A stretch of 64,000 nucleotides of DNA, taken from NCBI GenBank assembly GCA_951406725.2, contig OX597836.1, forward strand, positions 26,040,001-26,104,000. Direction: 5' to 3'. The stretch comes from Octopus vulgaris. Its lineage: Eukaryota. The notes below the pieces were generated by a model, which was given only the letters and a program-made list of their open reading frames with translations, made no database searches and was not told the DNA's origin. The translations under genes and the position numbers were made by a program. Shown piece after piece: positions 43,106 through 57,639 of the stretch. The first letter of the stretch is position 1, and each line of letters begins with the position of its first letter.

Positions 43106-43412
43106 TATGTATATATGTTCATATATATATGTATACATATACATGAACGTAGACTTACATATGCATTCTCAATACTGAATGAAATGATTGTAAGATCTAA
43201 CGAAGAACATATTTAAACAATCACCTGACGAGGTACATTTCTCAACTTGAATGTGAGATAACAATTACACAAAACATCTCACCGATGTACTACAGGTGTA
43301 AAAATGTGTCAAAACAATTGTAGAGAATGTTTATTAAATGTCGTTCATTTCCATTTTTTATCATTTATCTATGTATGTATATTTATGTGTGGGAGAGATA
43401 CAAAGAGAGAGC

Positions 43413-43503
<91 letters not shown>

Positions 43504-43942
43504 TATGTGTGTGTGTGTATGTGTGAACAAATTCCCCACTTCATCCCACATCATTTCGAAGACAATGTCTTCTAGCGATCTTCTTCCCGTGAAGTGTTCA
43601 CTTTCTCATCTGCGCTCTCTGATTTTATGGAAATCAAAGAAGCCATATTTTTGCAAAACATCAGAATATTTCACTGTTGCGCAGCTGTTGACATTTTTCA
43701 ATTTCTTCGCAATTCTTCAACAAGAAAATTACCACTAATGATATCATCTTTGTATAATTGTCTACTGCTTTTCGCTAATTCATCTTTCATCTTCTGCATC
43801 AGATTAGACTGCAGACTTCTAACAGAAAACAACCAACTAATTATTTTTCAAAATAACCTTCTTACTGAAATAATTTCATTTTGTCATCTGCTGCCGCATA
43901 TCTACCTCATTCTATTCCTTCTTCTTTCTCTCTTTCCCTCTC

Positions 43943-44001
<59 letters not shown>

Positions 44002-44109
44002 CCTCGCTCCTTCGATCTGTCTGTCTGATCTGTCTTACTGTCTGTCTGTGTATCACTCTATCTACCACTATGTTGTCTGCCTATCCGCCTGTCAATTTGC
44101 TCATCTGTC

Positions 44110-44430
44110 TGACTACTTCTAATGATAACAGAAACACGTTCCATGTCCGACTAAATGCTGTACTCAGATCAATCTTAAAATTAGATACGTTTATTTTACC
44201 AGGAAATTTTAACGCTACGTTTGGAAGAACTGACGAACATGAAAGTCTCTTAGATACTTTGATGTAAAAAAAATTGAATAACGACAGTGCCGCATACCAA
44301 GAATTTTATGAAGAGTATGGCCTGTAGAGTGCTAGCATTCACTTTAGCAACATGCATGGTGGTACAACAGCATTGATGCATCTGAAATCTAAGGTTTGGA
44401 TTTTACTGGATTATGTAATTATTCACGCGT
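44110..44430 (+). pseudogene. RTE-clade LINE apurinic-like endonuclease remnant
   Basis: ILPGNFNATFG (compare LLGDFNARVG) and MHLKSKVWILLDYVI (compare MHPRSKHWHLLDYVI). Confidence 0.7.
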
Positions 44431-44458
44431 ATGGTATCCATGGTAACCTACAATATTA

Positions 44459-45010
44459 TATAGAGTGTCTGTAAAGTTACTATACAGTTATGCTCAGAAC
44501 AACTCTATAAAATAAGCATACTAAAAACAAAGAATTCGATTCGCCGTGGTAGTTCAGAAATTAATATCAAACGAACATCACAACACAAAATACTTTTTAA
44601 TCTCAATATGAAACCTTACATTCTGCGCCTAATCCACGCACTTCTGAAAGATGATCCTGATCGCAGTCTCCAGTTTGCCAACAGTTTGTAAGTCAAGAAA
44701 GCCAAGTTTGTAAGTCAGAGGAAGCCAAGAAGGATTGAAGATCTTCGGTATTTCATTACTGATGCATTTGCTAACCTGGATCCAGAATTGTATTCCAAAG
44801 TTTGTTACAGTGTGCTTTTACGTTGTCGAGAATGCATTGAAGTTAATGGCTTAGAATTTGAACGTTTATTATAACCGTAGTAAATGAAATGAATTGCCTA
44901 TATCGTTAGAATATTTTCTGATGTAATACATATATTTTCTAAAAATCTTTTTAGTCTAACTATGAATATTTCTTTATTACAAAAAACTGTATAGTAACTT
45001 GCATACGGTA
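44459..45010 (+). mobile_element. Internally deleted Tc1/mariner element
   Basis: TIR core AAGTTACTATACAGTT at 44474-44489 and 44985-45000. The helix-turn-helix part SIRRGSSEINIKRTS...MKPYILRLIHALLKDDPDR is joined to the C-terminus ...RCRECIEVNGLEFERLL*. The catalytic domain is missing. Confidence 0.85.
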
Positions 45011-45428
45011 TTTGCGATATCTCTAATTTTGAGTCTTTTCGTAGCTTATTATAGTTGGACGGATCATTGTTTAGCTCAAAATCCGGATAGTAGTGAGGGT
45101 GTCAAAACGGAGAGAATCAAACTGCAAAAACTAACCGGCACCTGAATGTCCTTAACTTTTTGCTGTGAGAAGGCGGTAAGCTGGCAGAATTGTTAGCACG
45201 CCGGACAAAATGTTTAGCAGTATGTCGTCTGTCTTTATATTCTGAGTTCAAATTCCACCGGGATTGATTTTGGTTTTCATCCTTTCAGAGTTAACACAAT
45301 AGCAATATATACAATATATATATATATATACCAATTACACTTATTTTCAAACCTTTCTAATTATTTTTCGTATATGTGTCTGTATAAACGTATGTGCATG
45401 CATATATATATATGTGTGTGTGTGTGTA

Positions 45429-45460
<32 letters not shown>

Positions 45461-46160
45461 CGGCTTTGGTGTGCGCGTGTGAATTTACACCTACGAATGG
45501 ATGCACGTATACACACACACGCGCGCGCACAGACATACACATACACAAATATATCTGCTTATGTAAATATTATGTGTCTGAGTTTGCTATGATCATTGCT
45601 AAAGTTGTTTAGCCCTAGGTCAGACCAGGTCGTACAAATAAACATCTATGATGTAAATAACCCGTGACCATCCGATTTTGTTTTATCAGTCACAGTGTAC
45701 CTAGGAGTATATTGTCAGATATGTTCTCTTTTAAAGTGCAGAATGTAGTTTGGGAAAGATTTGGTTGCTATGGTTAGTTGGTCAATGCGTCTCCATCAGG
45801 ACTTTAATATTTCGTGCCATGCGTATGGATGGATGGGTGTAGATTTGTGGGAATGGGTAATTACGTTTGTACTTTTATCTATGCGTGTGTGTATGTGCAT
45901 GTATGTGTGTGTGCATGTGTGTGTGCGTGTATGTGTGTGTGTGTGTGTGTATGTATATATACACATATATATACATATGTATATATATATATGCGTATGT
46001 GTGTGAGTGTGCATGTCTATGTATATACATATACATACATACATACACACACACACACATATATGTATGCATATACGCACGTATATATACATATATGTAT
46101 ATATATAGACACACTCACACGCACGTACGTACACACACATATACACACACATGTATATCG

Positions 46161-46219
<59 letters not shown>

Positions 46220-46645
46220 GATGTATAATACAAGGTGGTGTCTTTGATCTGAAGTATAAAATATTGGAAACAAAGCAAGAAAGAAGGAAAGAAGAGGAGG
46301 AGAAATAAAGATAAAAACATAGACGAAAACATAAAAAGAAACTCATGAATTATGAATATATTTATATGTGTGTGTGTATGTCTATGTATGTGTATGCGTG
46401 TGTGCGTGTGTCTATGCATATAGATATATAAGCAAGGCTCTATGTATACGCAGATGGATATATATATACCTACACACACACACACACACAGATATGCACA
46501 CACGGGCACACACACATATATGTATGTATATATAGATACATATATATGTATGTATGTATGTATGTATATATATATATATATACATTTATACATATATATA
46601 TATACATTTATACGTATATATATATATATATTATGTATGTATATG

Positions 46646-46676
<31 letters not shown>

Positions 46677-46967
46677 ATGTATGTGTGTGTGTGTGTGTGT
46701 GTGTCGTATTATCTATATATATATGTGAAAACAGGTATACCCATTATACATAATGGTAGAAAGAGTGAGAGAGATTAAAGGGAAATGAAAGCAGGAGAGA
46801 AGGAAAGAAAGAAAAAAGCAAAGAAAGAAAGGATGAAAGAAAGAAAGAAAGAAAGAAAGAAAGAAAAGAAGGAAAGAAGGATAATAAAAGGAAGACAACA
46901 TGAAAGAAAGAAAGAGAGAGAAAGAAAGAAAAGAAGAAAGGAAGGAAGAAAAAGAGAGAGAGAGAAA

Positions 46968-46999
<32 letters not shown>

Positions 47000-47025
47000 A
47001 AAAGAAAGAAAGAAACAGAAAGGAA

Positions 47026-47079
<54 letters not shown>

Positions 47080-47689
47080 AATCGTGTAGAAAAAGAAAAG
47101 CTAAAAGGCAGCAGTGGGGCATGAGGTGTGTGGAACGTACATCTCTGTAAGTAAACGTTGCATCACCACCGTCGTCATCGTTGTAATGATCAGCATCATC
47201 ACCATCATCATCATCGTCATCATAACCATCATCATCATCATTATCATCATAACCATCATCGTCACAACGTTCATTTTTCTTCTTCAGAGAGAGGGAGAGA
47301 GAGACGGACAAGTGTGTGTGTGTGTACGTGTGAATCTATATATTTATGTGTGTGCATGTGTGTGTGCGTGTGTTTGTGTACACATACATATACATATATA
47401 TAATAATCATATACACGCGCACACACCCAAGCGAGCTTGGAGGTTATCTTGAATGCAATGCAAGCGTAGGTCTAATGGAACTCATTTAAATTCCTTAATG
47501 TTTCTCGACCAATCCTTCTTTCCCCCATTGTTGTTATGGTTCTTGCTGTTCCTCTTCATCGGTAATGTTGGCTTCCATGACAAAGCAACGTTCCATCACT
47601 GAATTCTTGGCGAAGATGTGATACAGGCTATCGGACATCAACAGAAATGTTCAGCTTCATGACAGAAAATAACCCTATTGACAATAATA

Positions 47690-48213
47690 ATGCCTTTTTT
47701 TCATGACGGGCCAGATAACTGAGAAAACGACGATCGTGGGCCGCATAACCATTTTGTTCAATACAATACAGTGAATACACAAAAACTAAAGACAACCAAC
47801 ATATTTATTTACCAAAATGTTATCAAAGAAGGCGACATTAGCAATATGATGGTTATATCACACATATATCGGCACACATATCTGAATCTCACAAACTAAG
47901 CAGCAAAAACGGTTTGTGAGATTTGTGAAGCTGGTGTTTAGCTTTTTAAGATATCGTCAATATTTGCTTTGGAATTGCTGCATCCAACTAAAAGAATTGC
48001 TTTCAGTTAACCTCGTTCGATGTGCTGACTTCACATTCTTCATTTTTGAAAATGTTTGCTCACAGACACAAGTTGTTCCAAACTGATGCCATACCAGAGG
48101 CGAATGAACTCTTATTGCAGGTACTTACACAAAAGGTACAGTGCGGCAGGGGGTCGGATGAACTGGCCTCGCGGGACGGATCCGGCTCGAGAGCCGTAGG
48201 TTGGTGACTCCTG
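47690..48213 (-). mobile_element. hAT (Charlie/SPIN-like) deletion derivative
   Basis: 47915-48105 encodes FGTTCVCEQTFSKMKNVKSAHRTRLT...HKSH (hAT C-terminal dimerisation region, frameshifted). The end GCCGTAGGTTGGTGACTCCTG is typical of hAT termini. Confidence 0.8.
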
Positions 48214-49460
48214 GCTTAGATGGAGGAAATTCAAAGGAGAGGCAACCAGAATTAACGACAAACCATGCAGTAGGAGATTCTGATAACCTGCGGTGACTTG
48301 ACTGGCGAATCCTCTGGAACTGAACGCAGTGGGACTGTCAGCAATCGACGGTAAGGTGAGCTGTTCCAGATCTCACGATCCCAAAGTCTGTATGAATGTG
48401 AACGGAGACTACATATGAACTTGGAGTCCCACTGAAACTCCTAACATGGACTCCACACCTCAACGATGAATGACGGTTATTGCCACAGCCTCCGAGCCGA
48501 GCAGCCCAACGCGCTTGCTCACCCAATGGACTTTTGGGCCGCTGGCAGATTACATTGCTTACTGGAACATTAGGGCCAACCACCGGGCTTCTTTCAGTTT
48601 CCTCTTACCAAATCCACTCGCAAGACATTACTCGGCCCGAAGCTATAGTAGAAGACACTTACCCAAGGTGCCACGTAATGGGATTGAACACGGAATTACT
48701 TCATTGGCAAGCAAAACATCTTGGTTACTATTTTGGAGGAGAGCAAAGACGTGACTCTCTTTGATCTTCTGTAATGTGCCTTAAGACACAAAAGCATGTC
48801 TAGACACAGAATTTTAGTGAAGCAGCTTGTAGGAAGAACTCAAGAGGAATCTACATGCGATCCCCATTCTCAATGACACGTCTTTCGACAATGAATCAGG
48901 CGATTGGGAAATTGGATCGGTCAGTGACCAGCCATGAACCATATATTCCGGATCAGGTGGATTATGATTTCCGCCTGTTCGGCGCAATAACGAACACCGT
49001 TAGGGATCAACGATTTGATAACTAGGAAGAGGTGAAAATACCTGTGAAAAAGTGTATATAACAGTAAACTCCATACATACATACATACATACACACATAC
49101 ATACATACATACATACATACATACATACATACATACATACATACATACATACATGCATGCATGCATGCATGCATACATACATACATATACATATATAAAC
49201 ACAATTTCCAGAACTAGATACAGAACGCTCAACCGAAATCGAGAATGTATAAAGTTCTACAATTTATATTTGGGTGTATTTTTCAAGTGTCTTCACTTCG
49301 GCGCGCTGAGGCCGAAAATTATTCTGCAGTTAATAAATTTCAGAAGCGAATTTGCCGGTTAGAGAACATTATTTATTTAAAATTAAATAGTAAGAGTAGA
49401 AATTGATATTAATCAATTATATCCAGTGGCTTAGCATATTTAAAAAATCCGAAGATTAAA

Positions 49461-49613
<153 letters not shown>

Positions 49614-50759
49614 AGACATTGAGTCATACACACATGTATACATTTCAGTATTATACATCCAATCGATTTCGTACTCGCGAATTTGGGAAAACAAAACCAA
49701 TCTTCGCCACTCGTCAGAAGAGGTAGTAGGATGAAAATGGCGACCGCTCTGTAACATCGGAAGTGAGACAGTGTTACGACTGATGGGTATTTTGTTAAGC
49801 CGGATCGGAACTATCTGTCGAAGAAGTTTAGAGAGGAATTACATCTAGTTTTGTGTGCCTTGGACAAGGTTTCAATTGCCTTCACGGTATAAGTGGTGAC
49901 AGCCTGCAGAGGGGGATTTTGGAAGTGGGATGCAGGCGGCATGGGATAGATTTGTGGACAGAAGAACTGAGTGGGAGTTGGGGATGTGATGATTGGTGAG
50001 TCTTAAGCTCATGTGTGAACATATACCTGAATATGTATGTTCCTACATATAATAAGTTGGGTGTGGCAAACATTTTAATTTACAAACTGTTGTGGGAGAA
50101 AGTATTGATGCTGGAAACACTTAAGTTTATATTCATAGTGCACTCAGCCAGTATACAAACACATATTTTTTTCATGTAGACAGCATCAGAAAATCTCGCT
50201 TTTAAAGTTAGATAAGTATCCAGATAAAAAGATTACTTTAATATATTTTCTCTGCATTTCTTTAATATATTCTTTTCTTCAAGCATAGCCTTCAACTCTC
50301 ACGGCTATTGAAGTAAAACTTGCACCTTCCCGATACTCACCACTTGATTCCGTACTTTCAACGACCATACTTTCAACGACCATGTATGCCTAGCTAGAGC
50401 TGTGGCACTTCTCTTCTCCGGGATATTAAGAGAAAACTTGTGGTGGTTGCATTTGGGCCTCAAAAGACCTGCTATGGCACCTACATATTTCTACATATCC
50501 GTCCGGTCGCTAGGTTCTCTTCACATAATCTTCACATAATCTCTGCCTCGTACAAGAAACTCGAGGTTTACTCATACTGTGGAGCAGAAATATATTGAAT
50601 TCTCATAACTTATTATTGATACCGTTATGGCTGAGCGGAATCAATATGCGAATGAGTATATGTGTGTTTATTTTTGTGTGTATGTGTGTGTATGTGGGTG
50701 TGGGTGTGTTTCTACACAAATATATCGATAAATACGCAGATACGGACATACATATTAAG

Positions 50760-50821
<62 letters not shown>

Positions 50822-50877
50822 CATACATACATATATATACACACATATATATACGCATACATATATATGTATGTATA

Positions 50878-50938
<61 letters not shown>

Positions 50939-51122
50939 AGATATATACAGATATACAGATACACATATATATATATATATGCACGTATGTATATTCAAAG
51001 ATATACACGCACAAATAATTCCTGAGATGAATCATTACGCGGTTTGTCTTTGATGTTTTTTAATTTTAAGAACATTTTTACCCCCACACTCTCATATACA
51101 CAGATTTACACACAGACACACG

Positions 51123-51159
<37 letters not shown>

Positions 51160-51489
51160 GTACATATAGATGGGTGGGCATGTGTATGCGCCTGTGTGAT
51201 TGTATGTAGATTTACATATGCACACGCATAGATATACACACTTGCACACACATGAATGTATTTATGTATAAAGTGAATGAGATTGTCGGAGAGTTAAAAT
51301 ATCAAAACGCACATTGTTTGATGCACCGTATAACGTTCTCAGCAGAACTGTATGTCCTTCTTCTTCAGTGTTTGTCAACATAATCCATTTTGTATTTATT
51401 TATCTCTATATCTCTATGATCTGCCGTTTTGTACAATCTTGCTAGCAATACACACACACACACACACACACACTTATACATACATACAA

Positions 51490-51522
<33 letters not shown>

Positions 51523-51527
<5 letters not shown>

Positions 51528-51637
51528 TATAGAAGGAGTTCTACAGACTAGTACTGTTTCATTCAAGAGAAATCTTCTGAAGATTTCTCTTGAATGAAAC
51601 AGTACTAGTCCTGTAGAAGCTCCTTCTATATAATAAA
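51523..51637. repeat. Near-perfect 115-bp palindrome centred at 51578, overlapping a hammerhead core
   Basis: The arms are reverse complements apart from a few small indels. The right arm reads CTGAAGA-T-TTC(tctt)GAA-T-GAAAC(agtacta)GTC. Confidence 0.9.
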
Positions 51638-51821
51638 TTAATTTTACTCTGCTATGTATTGAGTACCTTACTTACTGTGGTTAACCCCGAATCAACCCGG
51701 GACCTACATATATATATATATATATATTTATATGTATGCATACCCATGTAGCCACCAATTTCTTTGTATATCAAACTCTATAACCATCTCCATCTCTCTC
51801 CCTCTCACTCTATATAAAATA

Positions 51822-51915
<94 letters not shown>

Positions 51916-52017
51916 AGTATTGATTTATACGTAGATATAAATATATAAATATATATGCATGCGTGTATATATGTGTATATATGTATATATGTGTGTATGC
52001 ATACAAGTGTTTATATA

Positions 52018-52052
<35 letters not shown>

Positions 52053-52237
52053 CATATATACATTTATACGTATATATATATATGCATATATATATATATA
52101 AATATATATACATACGTATTTATAGTTGTAAGCATGTATGTCGATCTGTCTATTCCTCCATCTCTCTCTCTCTTTCTCTTTCTCTTTCTCTTTCTCTTTC
52201 TCTATGTCTATCCTTCTATCTTTTATCTCTCTATCTG

Positions 52238-52297
<60 letters not shown>

Positions 52298-52419
52298 CCT
52301 CTTCATCTCTCCATTTGGCTATCTCGTTATCACTCTATCCATCCATCAATCAATCTATGTCACTCTATTATTATGCTGCCTTACATAAGCCTCTTCTTTC
52401 AAGTATCTCATATTCACTG

Positions 52420-52687
52420 TGCCATCACCATCACCGCCAACATAACCACCGCCGCCACCACCACCAATACCGCAACCGTCACCACCCCTCTCCGAACTCC
52501 TCCACCCCAAACTATGCATTCATCTCAAATATTTCCTTATTTCTGCGACTCAGGTTGCATCGATCTTCTGTTGTTGGGAGTGGAGAAGGTAGGTGCGTGC
52601 GAGGTCTTTTTTTATATTACCATTGTAATATAAAAATGGCGGGGCTGATGATGGCGGTCGTGTAGCAGCAGCAGCAGCAGCAGTAGC

Positions 52688-52742
<55 letters not shown>

Positions 52743-52768
52743 ACTTTCGGTGGTAGTAGTAGTAGCAA

Positions 52769-52812
<44 letters not shown>

Positions 52813-53247
52813 AGTGACGGTGGTGGTAGTAGTGGTAGCAGTAAGTGACGGTGGTAGTAGTAGTAGTAGTAAGTGGTGGTGGTGGTGGTAGTGGTTGTCG
52901 ACGTAGTGATGGTGGCGGTGTTGGTGGTGGTGGTGGTGGTGGTGGTGGTAGTGGTGGTGGTGGTGGTGGTGGTGGTGGTGGTGGTGGTGGTGGTGGTGGT
53001 AGTGGTGGCAGCGAGTATTTGCATGGTGTGTAAATGCGTAAGTTTCTTTTATGGCTCGTGTCAGGAGGATTGCTACTGCTGCGGCTACCGCTTCTACATT
53101 TCTTGTTTGCGATGATGATGACGATGACGACGACGACGATGATGACGATGATGATGACGATTCTGATGATGATGACGATGACTGATGACGATGCTGATGA
53201 CGATGCTGATGACGATGGTGATGATGATGATGATGATGATGAGGATA

Positions 53248-53282
<35 letters not shown>

Positions 53283-53881
53283 AATGATGCTGATGATGAT
53301 GATGACGATGCTCATGATGTTGATGATGATGATGATGATGATGATGATAATGATGATGATGATGATGATTGCAGTGGTGGTGTTGGTGTTGGGTGTGGTA
53401 CTGGGGTAGTGGTGGTGGTGGTGGTGGTGGTGGTGGTAGTGATGCCACGATGCTAAGCACGATATTTTCTTATTAATTACAAGGCATCGCAAAGAAGGTG
53501 AACTTAATTATCAATATTCTCATCATCATCATCATCAACGTCATCACCATCACCACTTCTACCATCATTATCACAAACAGCATCAGCATCAGCAACAGCA
53601 GCAACACTATCCACTGTCGTCACCATCCTCAATGCCGCCCGTCAACGATTACATTGTCATCAGCAGCAGCTTTGAAGATGACATAATTTTATCTCATCCT
53701 CGTCATCATACTGATCATCATCATCATCGTCGTCACCACCGTCGCCATCGGCATAATTGAAGGTGACATAATTACTATCGTAATTGCGAACACCTCAATA
53801 GCCGTCACCATCATTATCATCATGATCAATCTACATCAGCAGCACCATCACGACCGTTACCACCACCATCATCATCACCAT

Positions 53882-53980
<99 letters not shown>

Positions 53981-54000
53981 TATCATCATCATCATCGTCG

Positions 54001-54073
<73 letters not shown>

Positions 54074-54480
54074 TATCATCATCATCATCGTCGTCATCAT
54101 CATCATCATCATCGTCATCATCATCATCATCATCATCATCACCACCACCACCAACTTCTTTGTCATTTTCATCATCATCAACATCACCACCACCATCATC
54201 ATCATAATCACCATCTTTCTCATCATTATCATCATCATCATCTTCTTCATCCCCATCATCATCATCGCTACCATCATCATCATCATCATCATCATCACCA
54301 CCACCACCAACTTCATTGTCATTTTCATCATCATCAACATCACCACCACCACCACCATCATCATCACCATCTTTCTCATCATTATCATCATCATCATCAT
54401 CATCTTCTTCATCCCCATCATCATCATCGCCACCATCATCATCATCATCATCATCACCATCATCGCCATTGTCAATGTGA
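52420..54480. repeat. Large trinucleotide repeat field (CAC, TAG, GGT, GAT, CAT)
   Basis: Directly visible. Includes a 156-bp internal duplication (54151 and 54307). Confidence 0.97.
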
Positions 54481-54925
54481 TATAATGTCAACACGAACTA
54501 GATTTAGAAACGTTAGCACACAAATGGATATTATTGGTTGAGAAAATCAACGAGGAACAAATACGTCGACCCCATCCCCACCACAACCACCACATACAGC
54601 CACACTCCCCCCCCCCCCCACAAAATACACACACATTTCTACATAAACACATACATACATACACATATACTTACACGTACATATATGTATATATATAGAG
54701 AGAGAGAGATGCATAAATATAGAAATATATAGTTATACATATATATGTATAAACGCATACATATATATACGTAATACATTACATACACTCATACATACAT
54801 ATGCGCATGCATATATACATAAATACATACATACATCTATACATTCATACATACATACATGCATGCATGCATGCATGCATGTATACATCCATCCATACAT
54901 ACATACATACATATATATATATCTG

Positions 54926-55130
54926 ACCGCGTGTATATCGTTGGCGAATTTTTCCACCATCTTCCCTTCCTTGGATCTTTCTTTTTCCTATGTTTCTGAC
55001 GAAGAGCTCCGCTCGAAACGTTAAATCCTCGTTCTTTCATTCCTTTCTGAGCGACCAATAACACTATACTTGTTCCACGCCCTCGAGTTGTTGTGTTTTC
55101 TGTTTGTGTTTTCATGTTTGGATTAACTAT
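54926..55130 (+). mobile_element. Family E-related element with hammerhead motif (54992-55026)
   Basis: GTTT-CTGACGA-A-GAGC(tcc)GCTC-GAAACGTT-AAAT. A truncated second copy lies at 59538-59650. Confidence 0.85.
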
Positions 55131-55136
55131 ATATAT

Positions 55137-55257
55137 ATATTGTTATATTTCGGAATGGTCATTTTGCCAGTTTAGCCAATAAAAACACACGCACTATATA
55201 TTTGGTGTTATTTATTGGCTAAACTGGCAAAATGACCATTCCGAAATATAACAATAT
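55137..55257. repeat. Perfect 47-bp inverted repeat overlapping the conserved peptide start
   Basis: 55137-55183 versus 55211-55257. Confidence 0.95.
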
Positions 55258-55314
55258 TTGTTTCACCACACGACTTCACATAAAAAATCTTGCACAACAA
55301 ATATTTAAACGTAC

Positions 55315-55381
<67 letters not shown>

Positions 55382-56388
55382 GCATGCATACATCATACAT
55401 TCATACATACATACATACGTAAATCCATACATGCATACATATATACATATGTACATACATGTATCCATTCATACATATATCATACGTTAATACATTACCT
55501 ATATAAATAAATACCTATACATATATATATATATATATATACATACATGCATACATACATACATACATACGTACGTACATACATACATACATGCATACAT
55601 ACATACATACATACATACATACATACATACATACATACATACATACATACATACATACATACATACATGCATACATACACAACTATTTGCATACATACAC
55701 GAAAGAGGGTGCAATTTCTGTGAGAAAGAGACAAAGGCAATATTCACATATGCGATTATTATGACACATCCTAATTCGTTTACCACAAATGTATTCTATG
55801 AATATTTGAAATAAAATCAATATACATGGGTGTGTGTGAGCGCGCGTGTGTGTATGTGTGTGTGTGTGTGTGAGTGCGTGTGTACTTAGGTATGTTTATG
55901 TATGACATTGTTTATAGGTAAATATGTACATAAAACAAATATGTGTTTTTGCATACATACTATGCGAAGCCACATACCACCAAGCTGGTAGAGTTTAATA
56001 TAGTTTAATACGGTATAATCTAGTATAATATAATAGAATCAATCTGGTTTTATCTGGTTCTACGAATTGTTTTGTGAAACCGTGTCATAATTACGTAATT
56101 ACACTTTGCAGGTGTCCTAAACGACCTGACGTGAAACACGTTCTTTTCACAACTGCGTTAGGTTGTTTGAAAGGCCTCAAATGTAGTGTTATACATTGAC
56201 AATGGCGATGATGGTGATGATGATGATGATGAAGATGATGATGTGGCGATGAAGATGATGGGGATGAAGATAGAATTTCGCACAAGGTATCCTTGCCACA
56301 TTCATTCAATGTAGTATACACAGACACACACACACTTGTATGTATGTATGTATGTATGTATGTATGTATGTATGTGTGTATGTACGTA

Positions 56389-56786
56389 GGCGCAGGCGTG
56401 GCTGTATGGTAAGAAGTTTGCTTCCCAACCACATGGTTCCGGGTTCAGTCCCACTGTATATCTACTGGGGCGAGTGCCTTGAACTATAAACGCAGGCCGA
56501 CCAAAGTATTGTTAGTGGATTTGATAGAGCGAAACGGAAAGAAGCCTGTCTCGTATTTTTTCTTTTTTTTTTTGTACTTCTTTCAGTAACTTGACTGCGG
56601 CCATGCTGGAGCACCGCCTTTTAGAGTGGTAAAGAGTACAGCAGGGATCACCACCTCCTGCCAGAGCCTCGTGGAGCTTTTAGGTGTTTTTTCGCTCAAT
56701 AAACACACACAACGCCCGGTCTGGGAATCGAAACCGCGATCCTCCGACCGCAAGTCCGCTGCCCTAACCACTAGGCCATTGCGCCT

Positions 56787-56877
<91 letters not shown>

Positions 56878-57210
56878 GTTGGAATTTACAACAAAACAAA
56901 AAAACCAAAAACGAAGACGGGTGTGTAAACAACAAGCAGACGTATTAGTTTAACGCTCAGGAAGTGAGAAAGTCTTTTACGTTTCGAGCCTACGCTCTTC
57001 AGCAGAAAGGAACACGATGAAATAAACAGAGAGAGAAAATAAAAGAAGGTTAGTGTTTAGCGATGTCCCAGCAAGTTAGCGGTTCGGCAACATAGACAGA
57101 TATATTAACTACAAGGCTTCAGAAATAAATCCTGGGGCCGATTCATTCGACTAAAACCCCTTCTAGAAGGTGCCACTGCATGGCCCCAGTCAAATGACTG
57201 AAATAAATGA
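56389..57210 (+). mobile_element. SINE B split by nested SINE C (-, 56582-56788) and family E (-, 56878-57062)
   Basis: B head at 56389-56550 and B tail at about 57072-57210. The E copy has core CTGCTGA at 56974-57009. Confidence 0.75.
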
Positions 57211-57639
57211 ATGGTTTCTTAATTAGAGTTCTTCAATCAATCAATTCTATTACAATCTGTAAATAAACCGGTTTCTATTTAGTATGTGTGCCACGTTTGT
57301 GGTTCAATCTATATATGGGGGGGGTAAATGTGTGTGTGTGGGGGGGTATCTGTGTCTGTGTGTGTGTGTGTGTGTGTGTGCGTGTGTGTGCGTACAGAAA
57401 GTGTACAGGGGTGATGGTTAAATTGTCGCCATTTCATATTTTTTATTTCGTGCATACGCATCGTTTGTTTTTGATTTTGTCGACTACACCGCATATCTTA
57501 TCTAGGTCGTCGGCGACTAAACTGGCAACACCATCAAGCTTGCTTGGTGAGGATGGTGATTGTTGGATACCCCGCGAGACGAAAAATAAGACCCGTCAAT
57601 GGGCAGAATAACTACTGTGTAGTCAACAGCCAATTCAAC

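Noticed and set aside
43525-43830. Coding-looking minus-strand island (MQKMKDELAKSS...)
   Set aside because: It has several in-frame stops and no recognisable domain or clear donor. Probably a decayed element.
53822-54541. 239-aa poly-His ORF and antisense poly-Asp/poly-Met ORFs
   Set aside because: This is a (CAT)n expansion with no non-repetitive domain and no splice or codon evidence.
56088-56101. 14-bp palindrome TAATTACGTAATTA (PAR-bZIP-like site)
   Set aside because: A single short AT-rich palindrome is expected occasionally in 64 kb, and there is no supporting context.
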